Shown piece by piece: positions 1-9,969 of a stretch of 64,000 nt of DNA. How positions within the stretch are numbered: position 1 is the first letter of the stretch; every line of letters starts with the position of its first letter. The DNA is from an uncultured Verrucomicrobiota bacterium (GTDB lineage: Bacteria; Verrucomicrobiota; Verrucomicrobiia; Palsa-1439). The notes below the pieces were generated by a model, which saw nothing but the letters and a program-made list of their open reading frames with translations, was not told the origin of the DNA and searched no databases. The stretch spans positions 180,633 through 244,632 of the forward strand of contig CAZHLM010000001.1 of the NCBI GenBank assembly GCA_964533295.1. Reading direction: 5' to 3'. Position numbers and translations under genes: made by a program.

Positions 1-246
1 GTGAAGGTCGGCCAGCCGGTCACGGTCCGGCTGACCAGCCTGGACAACGAGCACCACACGGACGGCGGCGGCAAGCACCAGTGGGCCGTGGACGAACTGG
101 GCCTCAACGTGGTCGCGCCCCCGGAAGGCTCCAACGCGGTGACCTTCACGCCCGATAAGCCGGGCACCTACACCTACTACTGCGACATCTGCTGCGGGGG
201 CCGGGCCAACCCGACCATGCAGGGCACCCTGATCGTGGAAGGCTAG
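1..246 (+). CDS. cupredoxin-like copper-binding domain protein, C-terminal fragment (5' end outside window)
   Basis: The ORF track peptide has a beta-rich cupredoxin-like C-terminus with a Cys cluster YYCDICCGG...PTM resembling a divergent CuA/type-1 Cu site. It ends at TAG 244-246 and is truncated by the window edge. Confidence 0.45.
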   Translation: MKVGQPVTVRLTSLDNEHHTDGGGKHQWAVDELGLNVVAPPEGSNAVTFTPDKPGTYTYYCDICCGGRANPTMQGTLIVEG

Positions 247-248
247 CC

Positions 249-1070
249 GTGACGACCTCGCCCATCCGCCGCCTGCTGGTCCTCTCGCTGCTGGCCATCG
301 TCGCCCTGGGCGCCGTGGCCCTGACCGGCTTCTGGCACCCGAATGCGCCCTCGGAGGCCATGCGCGCCTACCTGCCGCAAATTACCCTGCCGGCGGTGGT
401 GATCGCCGGGATCGTCGACGGCATCAACCCGTGCGCCTTCACCGTGTTGCTGCTGTTCATCACGGCGATGCTCACCACGCTGCAAGCCGGGGAGCAGGAC
501 CTGCGCGCGGTCCGCGCCCGCCTGCTCGGCATGGGCAGCATTTACATCCTCGCCATCCTGCTCACCTACCTGGCCCTGGGGGTCGGGCTGCTCACGACCC
601 TGGATGCCTTCACGCGCGAGCACCTGCCGGCGCGGCTGGGCGCGCTGCTGGCCATCCTGTTCGGGCTGTGGATGCTCAAGGACTACTTCCTGCCGGACCT
701 GGGCTGGCGTCTCCAGGCCCCGGGCAAGGTCGGCCTGATCGCGCGCCAGTCCGCCAAGAAGGCCACGGTCCCGGCGCTGATCGTGGGTGGCTTCCTGATC
801 GGTCTGTGCACGGTGCCGTGCAGCGGCGCCGTGTACCTGGGCGTGCTCAGCCTGCTGGCCCTGCAGCCCACCGCCCTCCTGGGCTACGCCTACCTGGTCC
901 TGTACAACGTGATCTTCATCCTGCCCTTGGTCGTGATCCTGGTGGCCGCCTCAGCACGGCCGACCCTCAACCGCCTGGCGCACTGGAACCTGCACCACAA
1001 GGAGGGCGTCCGCCTGATCCTGGGCGCCGGCGTCGTCGCCATGGGCCTGGTGATCCTGGCGACGGTGTGA
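249..1070 (+). CDS. CcdA/DsbD-family thiol:disulfide transmembrane protein
   Basis: 273-aa polytopic membrane protein with a GINPCAF motif in the first TM and a second Cys pair CTVPC, typical of the DsbD/CcdA transmembrane core. GTG start, TGA stop. Confidence 0.6.
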   Translation: MTTSPIRRLLVLSLLAIVALGAVALTGFWHPNAPSEAMRAYLPQITLPAVVIAGIVDGINPCAFTVLLLFITAMLTTLQAGEQDLRAVRARLLGMGSIYILAILLTYLALGVGLLTTLDAFTREHLPARLGALLAILFGLWMLKDYFLPDLGWRLQAPGKVGLIARQSAKKATVPALIVGGFLIGLCTVPCSGAVYLGVLSLLALQPTALLGYAYLVLYNVIFILPLVVILVAASARPTLNRLAHWNLHHKEGVRLILGAGVVAMGLVILATV

Positions 1071-1077
1071 GGCGGCG

Positions 1078-3327
1078 TTGGCCACCCAGATAGGGAGAGT
1101 AAGCACGAACGCCCAGCGGCAGCTCGGTCGCTGGACGTTCGTGCTTGTCCTGGCGGTGAGCGCGTGTGCTCCGCCGGAGGCCACCCCAGACAGCCTGACG
1201 CCGACCTTACCACCCCCACGGATCACGACCGCGTTGCCCGATCCGCCAGAAGTCGTCGCCCAGCGTTTTCTCAAGGCCTGGGAGGCCGGCGACACCCTCA
1301 CGATGTATGGTCAGCTCTCGCCGGCCGGACAAGGCGCCATGAACCTGGAGGCCTTTCGAGACCGTTACCGCACGGTCTCAGACGCGCTCGGTGCCACCCG
1401 CGTGCAAGCGGTGCTGCTGGACACCACCACCGAAGGACGTCGCAGCCAGGTCGCTTTTCGAGTCACCTTCACGACGGCCCTGCACGGGGGGCTGACCCGG
1501 GAGTCATCACTCACCCTGAGTTTCAGAGACGGTCGTTGGTCCGTGGATTGGAGCCAGGCTGCCATCCTGCCTGAACTAGAGGGTGGCAACACGCTGTATG
1601 TCGATCACCAGTTGCCCGAGCGAGGCAGCCTCTATGACCGGAGCGGCCGGGCGCTGGTGGCCGTGTCTGACTGGGTGGCGGTCGGGGTCGTGCCCGGGCA
1701 GATGACGGAGGGCTCCGCGCTCGTGGACCGCCTCGCTCCGCTTCTCGGTCTGAAGCCTGAGGTGATCGAGGCCCGAATCGCATCTGCCCAGAGCGACTGG
1801 TACGTGCCCCTGGGCGAGTTCCCCGTGGGTGAAGCCCAACCGAACCTGGACGGACTCTCGGATCTGGCAGGGGTGGTGGCCACACCCCTGCGCACGCGCT
1901 ACTACTTCGGCGGATTGGCGCCCCAGGCGCTGGGCTACCTGGCCCCCCTCTCGCCCGAGACTCTGGCCGCTTACACGGTCCGGGGCTATCCGGGGGATGC
2001 GCGGGTTGGAGCCGCCGGGCTGGAGCAAACCCAGGAGGCGCGGCTGTCTGGACGGCCGGGAGGCGCGGTGTACTTGGTTTCCCCCGGTGGCGAAATCATC
2101 ACCAGGCTGGTGGAGGCCCCGGTGACATCGGCTGAGGACGTGTATACCACCCTCGACTTCGAGTTGCAGCAGGCCGCTCAAGCGGCGCTGGGCGACCTGG
2201 TCGGCGCCATCGTGGTGCTCCAGCCCGAGACGGGTGAAGTCCTGGCGCTGGCCAGCACACCGGGATACGACAGCAACCTCTTTGATCCCGCCAACCCGAA
2301 CTCGGTGATGCTACCCGCCGTGCTGGGCGACGCGCGCCGCCCGCTCTTCAATCGCGTGACCCAGGGCCAATACCCGCTGGGTTCGGTGTTCAAGATCGTC
2401 ACCATGGCCGCCGCGCTCGAGACGGGCGGGTACACGCCGGAGTCGCAACTGGACTGTACTTACGAATGGACAGGGCTTGGGCCAGACTACCCGAAATATG
2501 ACTGGAAAGAAGCCGGGCACGGAGTCCTCACCCTGGTCGAAGGCTTGATCGAGTCCTGCGACACCTGGTTCTACGACCTCGGGCTGGCCCTGGACGGGCG
2601 CGACCCGGCCCTACTGCCGCAGTTTGCGCGAGCCTTCGGACTGGGCGCGCCGGCTGGCCTGGTGGATCTCCCGGATGCGCCCGGGCTGGTGCCTGACCCG
2701 GACTGGAAACTGAAGGCGACCGGCGTGCCGTGGTGGCCGGGCGATGCCGTCAACCTGGCCATCGGCCAGGGCGACCTGCTGGTGACGCCACTGCAAGTGG
2801 CCAGGCTCGTGGCAGCGGTGGCCAACGGCGGGACCTTATACCGGCCGCAGCTCGTCCACCACGTTGCCCCACCCGATGGGCCTCCATCATTTGAATTTAG
2901 CCCAGAAGCCGACGGGCAGCTCCCCATCTCCGGTGAGACCCTGGCCGCCCTTCAAACGGCGCTGCTGGGGGTGACGCAACACCCGAAGGGCACGGCCTTC
3001 CAGCGGTTTCGTGGTCTGGGCATCCCGGTGGCAGGGAAGACCGGGACGGCGCAAGCCCCGGGGGCCACCAGCCTGCCGCACAGCTGGTTCGCAGGCTACA
3101 CACTCGCCGATCGACGGGATCGGCCCGACATCGCCATCGCCGTCCTGGTCGAAAACGCCGGGGAAGGCTCAGCGGTGGCCGCCCCCATCTTCCGACGCCT
3201 AGTGGAAACTTACTTTGAAGGTCGGCCCCGCACCCGCTTTCCATGGGAAAGCGCCATTGGTGTCCCGGCTGAGCCCAAGAGTACACCCACGCCAGACTTT
3301 GCCGCGTCCGAGACTCCTCCCCCCTAA
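1078..3327 (+). CDS. penicillin-binding protein 2-type peptidoglycan transpeptidase
   Basis: 749 aa. N-terminal lipoprotein-like signal (LAVSAC), NTF2-like N-domain, PBP dimerisation region and a transpeptidase domain with SVFK (SxxK) active-site motif. Pro-rich C-tail. Confidence 0.8.
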   Translation: MATQIGRVSTNAQRQLGRWTFVLVLAVSACAPPEATPDSLTPTLPPPRITTALPDPPEVVAQRFLKAWEAGDTLTMYGQLSPAGQGAMNLEAFRDRYRTVSDALGATRVQAVLLDTTTEGRRSQVAFRVTFTTALHGGLTRESSLTLSFRDGRWSVDWSQAAILPELEGGNTLYVDHQLPERGSLYDRSGRALVAVSDWVAVGVVPGQMTEGSALVDRLAPLLGLKPEVIEARIASAQSDWYVPLGEFPVGEAQPNLDGLSDLAGVVATPLRTRYYFGGLAPQALGYLAPLSPETLAAYTVRGYPGDARVGAAGLEQTQEARLSGRPGGAVYLVSPGGEIITRLVEAPVTSAEDVYTTLDFELQQAAQAALGDLVGAIVVLQPETGEVLALASTPGYDSNLFDPANPNSVMLPAVLGDARRPLFNRVTQGQYPLGSVFKIVTMAAALETGGYTPESQLDCTYEWTGLGPDYPKYDWKEAGHGVLTLVEGLIESCDTWFYDLGLALDGRDPALLPQFARAFGLGAPAGLVDLPDAPGLVPDPDWKLKATGVPWWPGDAVNLAIGQGDLLVTPLQVARLVAAVANGGTLYRPQLVHHVAPPDGPPSFEFSPEADGQLPISGETLAALQTALLGVTQHPKGTAFQRFRGLGIPVAGKTGTAQAPGATSLPHSWFAGYTLADRRDRPDIAIAVLVENAGEGSAVAAPIFRRLVETYFEGRPRTRFPWESAIGVPAEPKSTPTPDFAASETPPP

Positions 3328-3510
3328 GCCCCACCTGGCTCTCCTCGGTGACACTGCCGTGCCGGCCTGAGACAGCGATGCCGAAACTGTTAAGGATAAG
3401 GGTGATACCTGTCACAGACTTTGGCGAATGAACGTCAGTTCTCCAGCCCTGCCATTTGTTTCAATATCAGGAGGACCTGTGAATTCCGTTCCGGGAGACC
3501 CTGAAAAAAG

Positions 3511-4182
3511 ATGAAGAACCACCCCTACAGCGAAAGTGTCGAGATGTACCTCAAGACGCTGGCCGTCCTAGGTGGGGCCTGCGAGCCCGTGCCAGTCGCG
3601 CAGGTCGCCGAGCGCCTGGAGGTCACGCCGGTCTCCGCCAACGAGATGATGCAGCGCCTGGCGCGCGAAGGCCTGGTCACTCACCAGCCCTACAAGGGCG
3701 TGCAGCTCACCGAGGCCGGCCGTCAATTAGCCCATAACGTCATCCGCCGCGAGCGGCTGTGGGAGAGGTTCCTCGCAGATCACCTGAAACTGGACTGGGC
3801 GCTCGTCCATGATTGGGCCTGCCAGTTGGAGCACGCCACCGCGCCGGAGGTCATCGAGGCCCTGGACGCGTTCCTCCAGTATCCGGCCGCCTGCCCGCAG
3901 GGCAACCCCATCCCGCGCGCCAACGGCGAGATCGAGCCCGCCACGAGTGTCCTCCTGGACCAGTTATCGGTCGGCCAGTCAGCGCGCCTCCTGGCCTTCG
4001 AGGATGAGAGCGCCGAGGTGCTGGGCTATGTTCAAAAGCGCGGCCTGCGACCCGGCCTCGCGGTGACCGTGACCGAGATCGCGCCCAAGCACGGCCCGCT
4101 CACGTTGCGGGCTGGCGATCAAGAGGTCGTCCTGGGCGTGGCCCTCGCGGCCACCGTGCGCGTGGAACCCATTTCCCTTTAA
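3511..4182 (+). CDS. DtxR/IdeR-family metal-dependent transcriptional repressor with C-terminal FeoA-like SH3 domain
   Basis: 223 aa. N-terminal winged-helix plus metal-binding and dimerisation region typical of DtxR/MntR (MKNHPYSESVEMYLKTL...). AAGGAGG-less but clean ATG at 3511. Sits directly upstream of the feo genes. Confidence 0.8.
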   Translation: MKNHPYSESVEMYLKTLAVLGGACEPVPVAQVAERLEVTPVSANEMMQRLAREGLVTHQPYKGVQLTEAGRQLAHNVIRRERLWERFLADHLKLDWALVHDWACQLEHATAPEVIEALDAFLQYPAACPQGNPIPRANGEIEPATSVLLDQLSVGQSARLLAFEDESAEVLGYVQKRGLRPGLAVTVTEIAPKHGPLTLRAGDQEVVLGVALAATVRVEPISL

Positions 4183-4192
4183 GGAGGCTGGT

Positions 4193-4379
4193 ATGTCCGA
4201 GACAACGTCCCTCAGCCGATTACGGCCTGGCCAGACGGGCGTCATCCTGCGCGTCGGCGGACGTGGCCCCGCTCGGGGACCCGGTGGAGTATCGCGTCAA
4301 GGATTACTACCTCTCCTTACGGCAGGAGGACGCCTCCAGGATCGAAGTGAGCACCGAGACCAGAGGTGTCCATGGCTGA
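4193..4379 (+). pseudogene. feoA: feoA, disrupted (internal deletion plus frameshift)
   Basis: Strong RBS AAGGAGG precedes ATG 4193. Frame 1 encodes the FeoA N-terminus MSETTSLSRLRPGQTGVILRVGG. The FeoA C-terminus APLGDPVEYRVKDYYLSLRQEDASRIEVS is encoded in a different frame ending at TGA 4377-4379. The central RRLLELGLxPG segment is missing. Confidence 0.55.
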
Positions 4380-5019
4380 TAAACGGGCCACTTACCGGTC
4401 CCTCGGTGCGCAGGGGCTTCTGGGCGCGGGCAGTTGTCATGACGTGCCGCGCCCGGCGCAGACTGTCTCTGGGTCGGCTTCGGGGCTCAAGGACCGCGGC
4501 TGCGATCTGGTGCTGGCTCTGGCCGGCAACCCCAACGCCGGAAAGACCACCCTCTTCAACACCCTGACCGGGCTGCGCCAACACGTAGGCAACTGGCCCG
4601 GCAAGACGATCGAAAAGAAAGAAGGCTCCTGCCGATTTGAGCGACTGACCTTGGGAGTGGTGGATCTGCCCGGCACGTACAGCCTGACCGCGTATTCGCC
4701 GGAGGAGGTCATCGCCCGCGACTTCGTCCTTGAGGCCTGGCCGGACGTCATCATCGACGTCGTGGATGCGACCAACCTGGAGCGCAACCTGTACCTGACG
4801 GTCCAGCTTCTGGAGCTGGGGGTCCCGCTGGTGCTGGCACTCAATATGGCCGACGAGCTCCGCCGGCAGAAAGGCGCCATCGATCTGTGCGCCCTTTCAA
4901 TTGCGCTCGGCGGCATCCCGGTGGTTCCGACGGCCGCCAGCCGGGGCGAGGGCATTGACGAGTTGCTGGCGCAGGCCGTCCGCGTCGCGAGAACATCCGC
5001 CCAGAGGCACGGGACATGA
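4366..5019 (+). CDS. feoB: FeoB N-terminal part: G-protein domain plus start of GDI helical domain (true start may be the GTG near 4507)
   Basis: G1 motif AGNPNAGKTTLFNTLTG, with G2-G4 motifs following. TGA stop overlaps the next ATG (ATGA at 5016-5019). Confidence 0.8.
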   Translation: MSMADKRATYRSLGAQGLLGAGSCHDVPRPAQTVSGSASGLKDRGCDLVLALAGNPNAGKTTLFNTLTGLRQHVGNWPGKTIEKKEGSCRFERLTLGVVDLPGTYSLTAYSPEEVIARDFVLEAWPDVIIDVVDATNLERNLYLTVQLLELGVPLVLALNMADELRRQKGAIDLCALSIALGGIPVVPTAASRGEGIDELLAQAVRVARTSAQRHGT

Positions 5020-6710
5020 GCGCCCCGACCGCGGCCCTGGCCGCTTTTCGCGTGGACTACGGCCACGACGTTGAAGAAGCGATCCAATGCCTCACGGCTG
5101 CCCTGGCGGAAGCGGACCTGGGGGGCGGCCGTTATCCGCCTCGCTGGCTGGCTCTCAAACTCCTGGAGGGCGAGACCGATATCGTGGCCCGGGTGCAGCA
5201 ACTCCCGGACAGCCGTCCGATCCTGACCCTGGCCCATGAACTGTCCACCGGCCTGCGCGAGCGGCACCATGACGATCCGGACCTGATCCTGGCCGATCGG
5301 CGGTACAGCTTTATCAACGGCCTGGTCCGGCAGGTGGTCCGCCGCCCGCTGGGGGATCGCCTGGCACTGACGCGGCGCATCGACAACGTCGTTACCCACC
5401 GCTGGCTGGGCCTGCCTATCTTCTTCGCCGTCATGTACCTGGTCTTCTACCTGGTCATGAACGTCTCCGCACCCTACCTGAATTGGGTGGACGGCGTGAT
5501 CAACGGTCCGATCGCCCGTTGGCTGGCCGCGATCCTGGGAGTGTTGCGAGCCCCAGAGTGGCTGCGCTCGCTAGTCGTTGACGGCGTGGTGGCGGGCGTG
5601 GGCAGCGTGCTGGTCTTCGTGCCAGGCTTGCTGATCCTGTATTTCTTCTTGGCGCTGCTGGAGGACTCCGGATACCTGGCGCGTGCTGCCTTCGTCATGG
5701 ACCGCTTCATGCGCGTGGTCGGCCTGCACGGCAAATCCTTCATCCCCATGATCCTGGGCCTGGGCTGCGCCGTGCCCGCGATTTACGCCACCCGGACCAT
5801 CGCCGGCCGCCGGGACCGTCTCGTGACCGCCCTGCTGGTGCCCTTGATGTCGTGCTCGGCGCGCCTGCCCGTCTACGTCGTCTTCGGCCTGGCCTTCTTC
5901 GGGGACCGCGCCGACGTGGTTGTTTGGACGTTGTACGCGCTGGGCATCCTGACCGCTATCCTGGCCGGGCTGGTATTCACGCGCACCCTGCTCAAGCCAG
6001 ACCTGACCTCGGCTTTTGTCCTGGAACTGCCGCCGTATCGCTGGCCGTCCCTCAAAGGCGTCCTGATCCATACCTGGGACCGGACCAGCGGGATGCTCCA
6101 CAAGGCCGGCACCACCATCCTGGCGGTCTCGATCTTGATGTGGCTGCTGCTCAATCTACCCTGGGGCGTGACCGCGCCTCGCGACTCGTATTTCGGGCGT
6201 GTCAGCGCCGCGATTGCGCCGGCCTTTGAGCCGCTCGGCTTCGGCCGCTGGGACACGGCCGGCGCCCTGGTCAGCGGCTTCGTGGCCAAGGAGGTGGTGG
6301 TCAGCACCCTGAGCCAGATGTACGTCGGCAGTCAAGGCGACCTGGACAGCGCCGTGCCCCCGACCTTGGGCGAAGACTTGCTCGGCATTGTCACCGGCTT
6401 CGCGACGGCCACGTTCGAGTCGGGCAAGACGCTGGTTAGCGTGCTCCCGGGCGTCAACCTGGTGACGGCCGACGCCCAAGCCGAGGATACGGCCCTCAGC
6501 CAGGCGCTGCGCGCTCGCTTCACGCCGCTGACCGCCTTTGCGTTGCTGGTGTTTGTCCTGTTGTATGTGCCGTGCGCCGCCACGCTCGGCGCCCTCACCC
6601 ACGAGTTCGGCCGGCGCTGGGCCGTATTTTCGGCCGTGTACCAGACCCTGGTGGCCTGGCTGGCGGCCTTCCTGGTCTACCAGGGGGGCCGGCTGCTGGG
6701 GCTGGGGTAA
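5016..6710 (+). CDS. feoB: FeoB C-terminal part: rest of helical domain plus polytopic Fe2+ permease domain
   Basis: 564 aa. Gate-motif-containing membrane domain homologous to the FeoB nucleoside-transporter-like core. Translationally coupled to the upstream G-domain ORF. Confidence 0.8.
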   Translation: MSAPTAALAAFRVDYGHDVEEAIQCLTAALAEADLGGGRYPPRWLALKLLEGETDIVARVQQLPDSRPILTLAHELSTGLRERHHDDPDLILADRRYSFINGLVRQVVRRPLGDRLALTRRIDNVVTHRWLGLPIFFAVMYLVFYLVMNVSAPYLNWVDGVINGPIARWLAAILGVLRAPEWLRSLVVDGVVAGVGSVLVFVPGLLILYFFLALLEDSGYLARAAFVMDRFMRVVGLHGKSFIPMILGLGCAVPAIYATRTIAGRRDRLVTALLVPLMSCSARLPVYVVFGLAFFGDRADVVVWTLYALGILTAILAGLVFTRTLLKPDLTSAFVLELPPYRWPSLKGVLIHTWDRTSGMLHKAGTTILAVSILMWLLLNLPWGVTAPRDSYFGRVSAAIAPAFEPLGFGRWDTAGALVSGFVAKEVVVSTLSQMYVGSQGDLDSAVPPTLGEDLLGIVTGFATATFESGKTLVSVLPGVNLVTADAQAEDTALSQALRARFTPLTAFALLVFVLLYVPCAATLGALTHEFGRRWAVFSAVYQTLVAWLAAFLVYQGGRLLGLG

Positions 6711-6771
6711 GGGCGGCCGGGTCAATCAAACCCGGCCCGGCCAGGGGCAGCAGCCAGCTCGAGAGCGGACG

Positions 6772-7065
6772 ATGTTGACCCAGGTCCTGACGCTGTTGGC
6801 TGAACACCGCGGCGGGCTCAACCTCCAGGAGATGAGCCGCCGCCTGGACGTTCAACCGGGCGCACTGGAAGGCATGCTGGAACTGCTCGTCTCTAAGAGA
6901 CGGCTGGTCAAGCTGGACCCGCGCGACCAACCCTGCGGCCAATGCCCGCTGCACGCTGATTGCAACCTGGTCACCGGCAGCCAACCCCGCTACATGCTCG
7001 TTCGCCGGTGCGGGCTCGGGGACCAGGCCCTCCGGCCGAGGGGTCTTCTCCCACCGGGGTTGTAG
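6772..7065 (+). CDS. feoC: FeoC-like small winged-helix protein
   Basis: An internal ATG at 6772 gives a 97-aa peptide MLTQVLTLLAEHRGGLNLQEMSRRLDVQPGALEGMLELLVSKRRL...CGQCPLHADC. This is a winged-helix region followed by a Cys cluster as in FeoC/YhgG, immediately downstream of feoB. Confidence 0.45.
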   Translation: MLTQVLTLLAEHRGGLNLQEMSRRLDVQPGALEGMLELLVSKRRLVKLDPRDQPCGQCPLHADCNLVTGSQPRYMLVRRCGLGDQALRPRGLLPPGL

Positions 7066-7161
7066 CGCGGACCGCCGCTCAGGCGACTCGTCCAAATCAG
7101 GATCAAATCCCGGTCGAATTCAGCAGCTTGCCAGGCTGGCTGCGGGGTGGCGAGTTGTTTC

Positions 7162-7368
7162 TCATTCCTGCGTCTCCCGACGGCGCGGCCATCCGTAGAG
7201 CATCAAGGCCAGCGCGCCATCCAGCGCTGCCAAGGCCCAATTTCCGCGCACGCCTGACCGCACGCCATAGGGCGTGAAAGGGGAGCCCTTCACGGCAAGA
7301 AAGACGTGGTCGAGCGCGCCGCCAAAAAAGAGTCCCGACAGGAACAGCGAGATCTTTGACCAGCTCAT
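7162..7368 (-). CDS. hypothetical small membrane protein
   Basis: 68-aa ORF with two hydrophobic helices and a basic C-terminus. No recognisable family. Confidence 0.25.
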   Translation of the reverse strand: MSWSKISLFLSGLFFGGALDHVFLAVKGSPFTPYGVRSGVRGNWALAALDGALALMLYGWPRRRETQE

Positions 7369-8055
7369 GGTGTCACACTTTCAACCGGGCCTGAGCCCTG
7401 TGTAGCCAGAATCCTCTAAGGTGGGCCACGAGTCCGTTCTTTCCTCATGGAGAGAGTTCCGCACGGGGCGTCCGCGATTGTACTCGTGCCGGCCTCATTT
7501 TCTCATGATCGTCATTCTCCGACCGAGACACAGTGCTTGATCTTCTCAGGCGCGGGGCGCTGCCCGCCGGTTCGATCCTGCGGGTCACGGGCCATTTGGC
7601 CTATACCAAAGCGGGCGCAATGGCGCTCTCGCGCAAGGCGTTATATTGTTACCCTTTACGAAGGAAGAGTCCCTGGCAAAACCGATGTCCGCGTGCCGAA
7701 CACGCACTGCTGGATGTTCTGCTCCTAACCGGGCCGGCTTACATTCCGGTGCCGCGCTTTGGCTCGGGCGCGCCGCCGGGCGGTCCACAGGTCTCCTTTG
7801 GTCCGCAGCGCGTGACCGGCGCCACCCACTTCGGAAGCTCTGCGCTGGCGAGAGCCGCCCGCTGTGCATCGGCCGCCATCGACCTGCTGCCGGCCGTGCT
7901 GTCCTGGCTCGGCCTGGCCGCGCTGCGGCGGTCCTGACGAACCTGGGTGGACGCGCCCTCACGGCTTAGGTCGTCTTGAGGGCACCTGGCATGAACAGGT
8001 GGGCGCGGATCAGGTAGAGGCGCGAAGTTGCGCCCAACGCAAATTGGAGGACGAC

Positions 8056-8724
8056 ATGTCGACGACACTGGCAACCCCGATCCACACCTCGACGAACGAG
8101 GTGGACAAGCAGGCCACGGCGCTGGCCCGGGACCGCTACGACCGGCAGGCCCCCGTTTACGACCGCCGCCAGGGCCTGCTGGAGGCCTTCCAGCGCCCAT
8201 GGCGCCAGCGGCTGTGGCGCCTGGCGACCGGCCCACGCGTACTGGAAGTCGGCGTCGGCACGGGCCTGAACATGCCCTTCTGGCCGGGCCACCTGCAGAT
8301 TGTGGCGACCGACTTTGCGCCACGGATGCTGGAGCGCGCCCGCCACCGCGCCGCGAAGTTGGGACTGGCCGCCGACCTGCGTCTCGCCGATGTCCAGGCG
8401 CTAGAGTTCGCGGACAGCGCCTTCGACACGGCGGTGGCCACCTGCGTGTTCTGCTCAGTGCCGGACCCGGTCCTGGGCCTGCGGGAGCTGGGTCGCGTCG
8501 TGCGGCCGGGCGGCCAGATCCTGCTGCTGGAGCACATGCGGCCCGAGAGCGCTATCATGGGGGCGATGACCGATGTGATCTCCCCGCTGTTTGTGCGCTT
8601 GACGGGTGCTAACATGAACCGGCGCACCCTGGACAATATCCGTGCGGCTGGGCTCGAAATTGAGTCGGTCGATGACCTGGCGATGGCCGGCATGTTCAAG
8701 TTCGTCGTGGCGCGACCCGGGTGA
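8056..8724 (+). CDS. class I SAM-dependent methyltransferase (Methyltransf_11-like)
   Basis: RBS GGAGG at 8046-8050, ATG 8056. Motif I VLEVGVGTG, motif post-I LRLADVQAL, motif II VVRPGGQILLLE. Confidence 0.75.
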   Translation: MSTTLATPIHTSTNEVDKQATALARDRYDRQAPVYDRRQGLLEAFQRPWRQRLWRLATGPRVLEVGVGTGLNMPFWPGHLQIVATDFAPRMLERARHRAAKLGLAADLRLADVQALEFADSAFDTAVATCVFCSVPDPVLGLRELGRVVRPGGQILLLEHMRPESAIMGAMTDVISPLFVRLTGANMNRRTLDNIRAAGLEIESVDDLAMAGMFKFVVARPG

Positions 8725-8805
8725 CGGCGCCTGGAGATTCTTTAGGACGTCATTGACGTGGAAGACACTCAATCCGCTCCCCGGCTTCAATAGAGGACCA
8801 TTCCC

Positions 8806-9926
8806 GTGAACAGGCCGTCTGGCTTCGCGCTGATCGCGTTGCTGGGTACGCTGCTGGGCAGTTGTGCCAATTTGCCCCCTAATGGCGTGTCAACGCCGGC
8901 TGCGGCGCCTTCGGCAATTTCGAGCGCGTCGGCGGTTACAACCCAGCGTCCATCACCTGCGCCCGGCTGGCCCACGGACGGCTGGCCCACTTCGCGCCCC
9001 GAGGACCAGGGCCTGGATCCGCAAACGTTGGCCGAGATGCTGGCCACGATCCAGGCCCGGCGCCTGAATCTACACAGCCTGCTGGTCATTCGAAACGGCA
9101 CTCTGGTCAGCGAAACGTACTTCGGGCCCTATCAAGCGGATACACCACACGAATCCTATTCAGTCACCAAGAGCTTCATCGCCACGCTTATCGGCATCGC
9201 ATCAGACCGCGGCGCCATCGACCAGCTCGACCGGCCGATCCTCGACTTCTTCCCTGAGCAGGCCGCCCGCCGGGATCCCCAGAAGCAGGCCATCACGTTG
9301 GAGGACCTGTTGACGATGCGGGCCGGCCTGGAATGGGAAGAAGGGGACGCCGCCTACCGGGCCCTGTATCAGAGCCCGGATTGGGTGGAATTTATGCTTG
9401 AGCGGCCGATGGCTGGCCCACGTGGGAAGGTGTTCAACTACTGCTCGGGATGCTCTCATCTGTTGTCGGCTCTGCTGGAGTCCGCCACAGGCATGAATCC
9501 ACGAGCCTTCGCGGAGGAAACGCTCTTCGGGCCACTCGGCATACGGTCGGCGCGGTGGGCCACCGACTCAGCCGGAATACCCATCGGCGGCTGGGGCCTG
9601 CAGCTCACGCCGCGCGACATGGCCAAACTCGGTTACCTGTATCTCCAGCGGGGCGAATGGGCTGGACAACGCATCGTGTCGGCCCAATGGGTAGAGGCCG
9701 CCATCCAGACGCATACACCCACGGAGGACGACTTAGGCTACGGGTATCAGTGGTGGACCTACCCTGCTCTTGGGGCTTATGCGGCTCTCGGGCGGGGGGA
9801 CAGATGATCTTCGTGGTCCCAGGCGACCACTTGGTCATCGTGACCACTGCGGAAATGGACGGTCACGAAGAAATCTTTGAGTTAATCGAGCGATACCTTC
9901 TTTCCGCCGTGCAGACACCGCCCTAA
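8806..9926 (+). CDS. serine hydrolase of the beta-lactamase/PBP4* family, lipoprotein, interrupted by a frameshift near 9795-9805
   Basis: Lipobox-like LLGSC. SVTK (SxxK) active-site motif. The frame breaks at a G6 homopolymer near 9792-9797 (ggcgggggga). The downstream frame (ORF 9450..9926) encodes the conserved C-terminus GQMIFVVPGDHLVIVTTAEMDG. Confidence 0.6.
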
Positions 9927-9969
9927 GGTGAGCTGTTGCCGAAGGCGGCGACGCTGCGACGAGTAGGGT

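Noticed and set aside
3330-3510. DtxR/IdeR operator upstream of dtxR-feo
   Set aside because: No 19-bp TTAGGTTAGCCTAACCTAA-like palindrome could be found. Only a 4-bp GTGA/TCAC dyad is present.
4437-5399. Very long antisense ORFs overlapping well-supported genes, such as 4437..5399(-), 16627..17394(+), 31080..32780(-), 33282..33788 extension, 45094..46662(+) and 60905..62563(+)
   Set aside because: Arg/Pro/Gly-rich translations with no domain features. Stop codons are AT-rich and rare in about 68% GC DNA, so long spurious ORFs on the opposite strand of real genes are expected.
7560-7600. tRNA-like GGTTCGATCC T-loop motif followed by ...GGGCCA
   Set aside because: No acceptor/T-stem pairing or cloverleaf can be drawn around it. 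It lies inside an unconvincing ORF and looks like a chance match.
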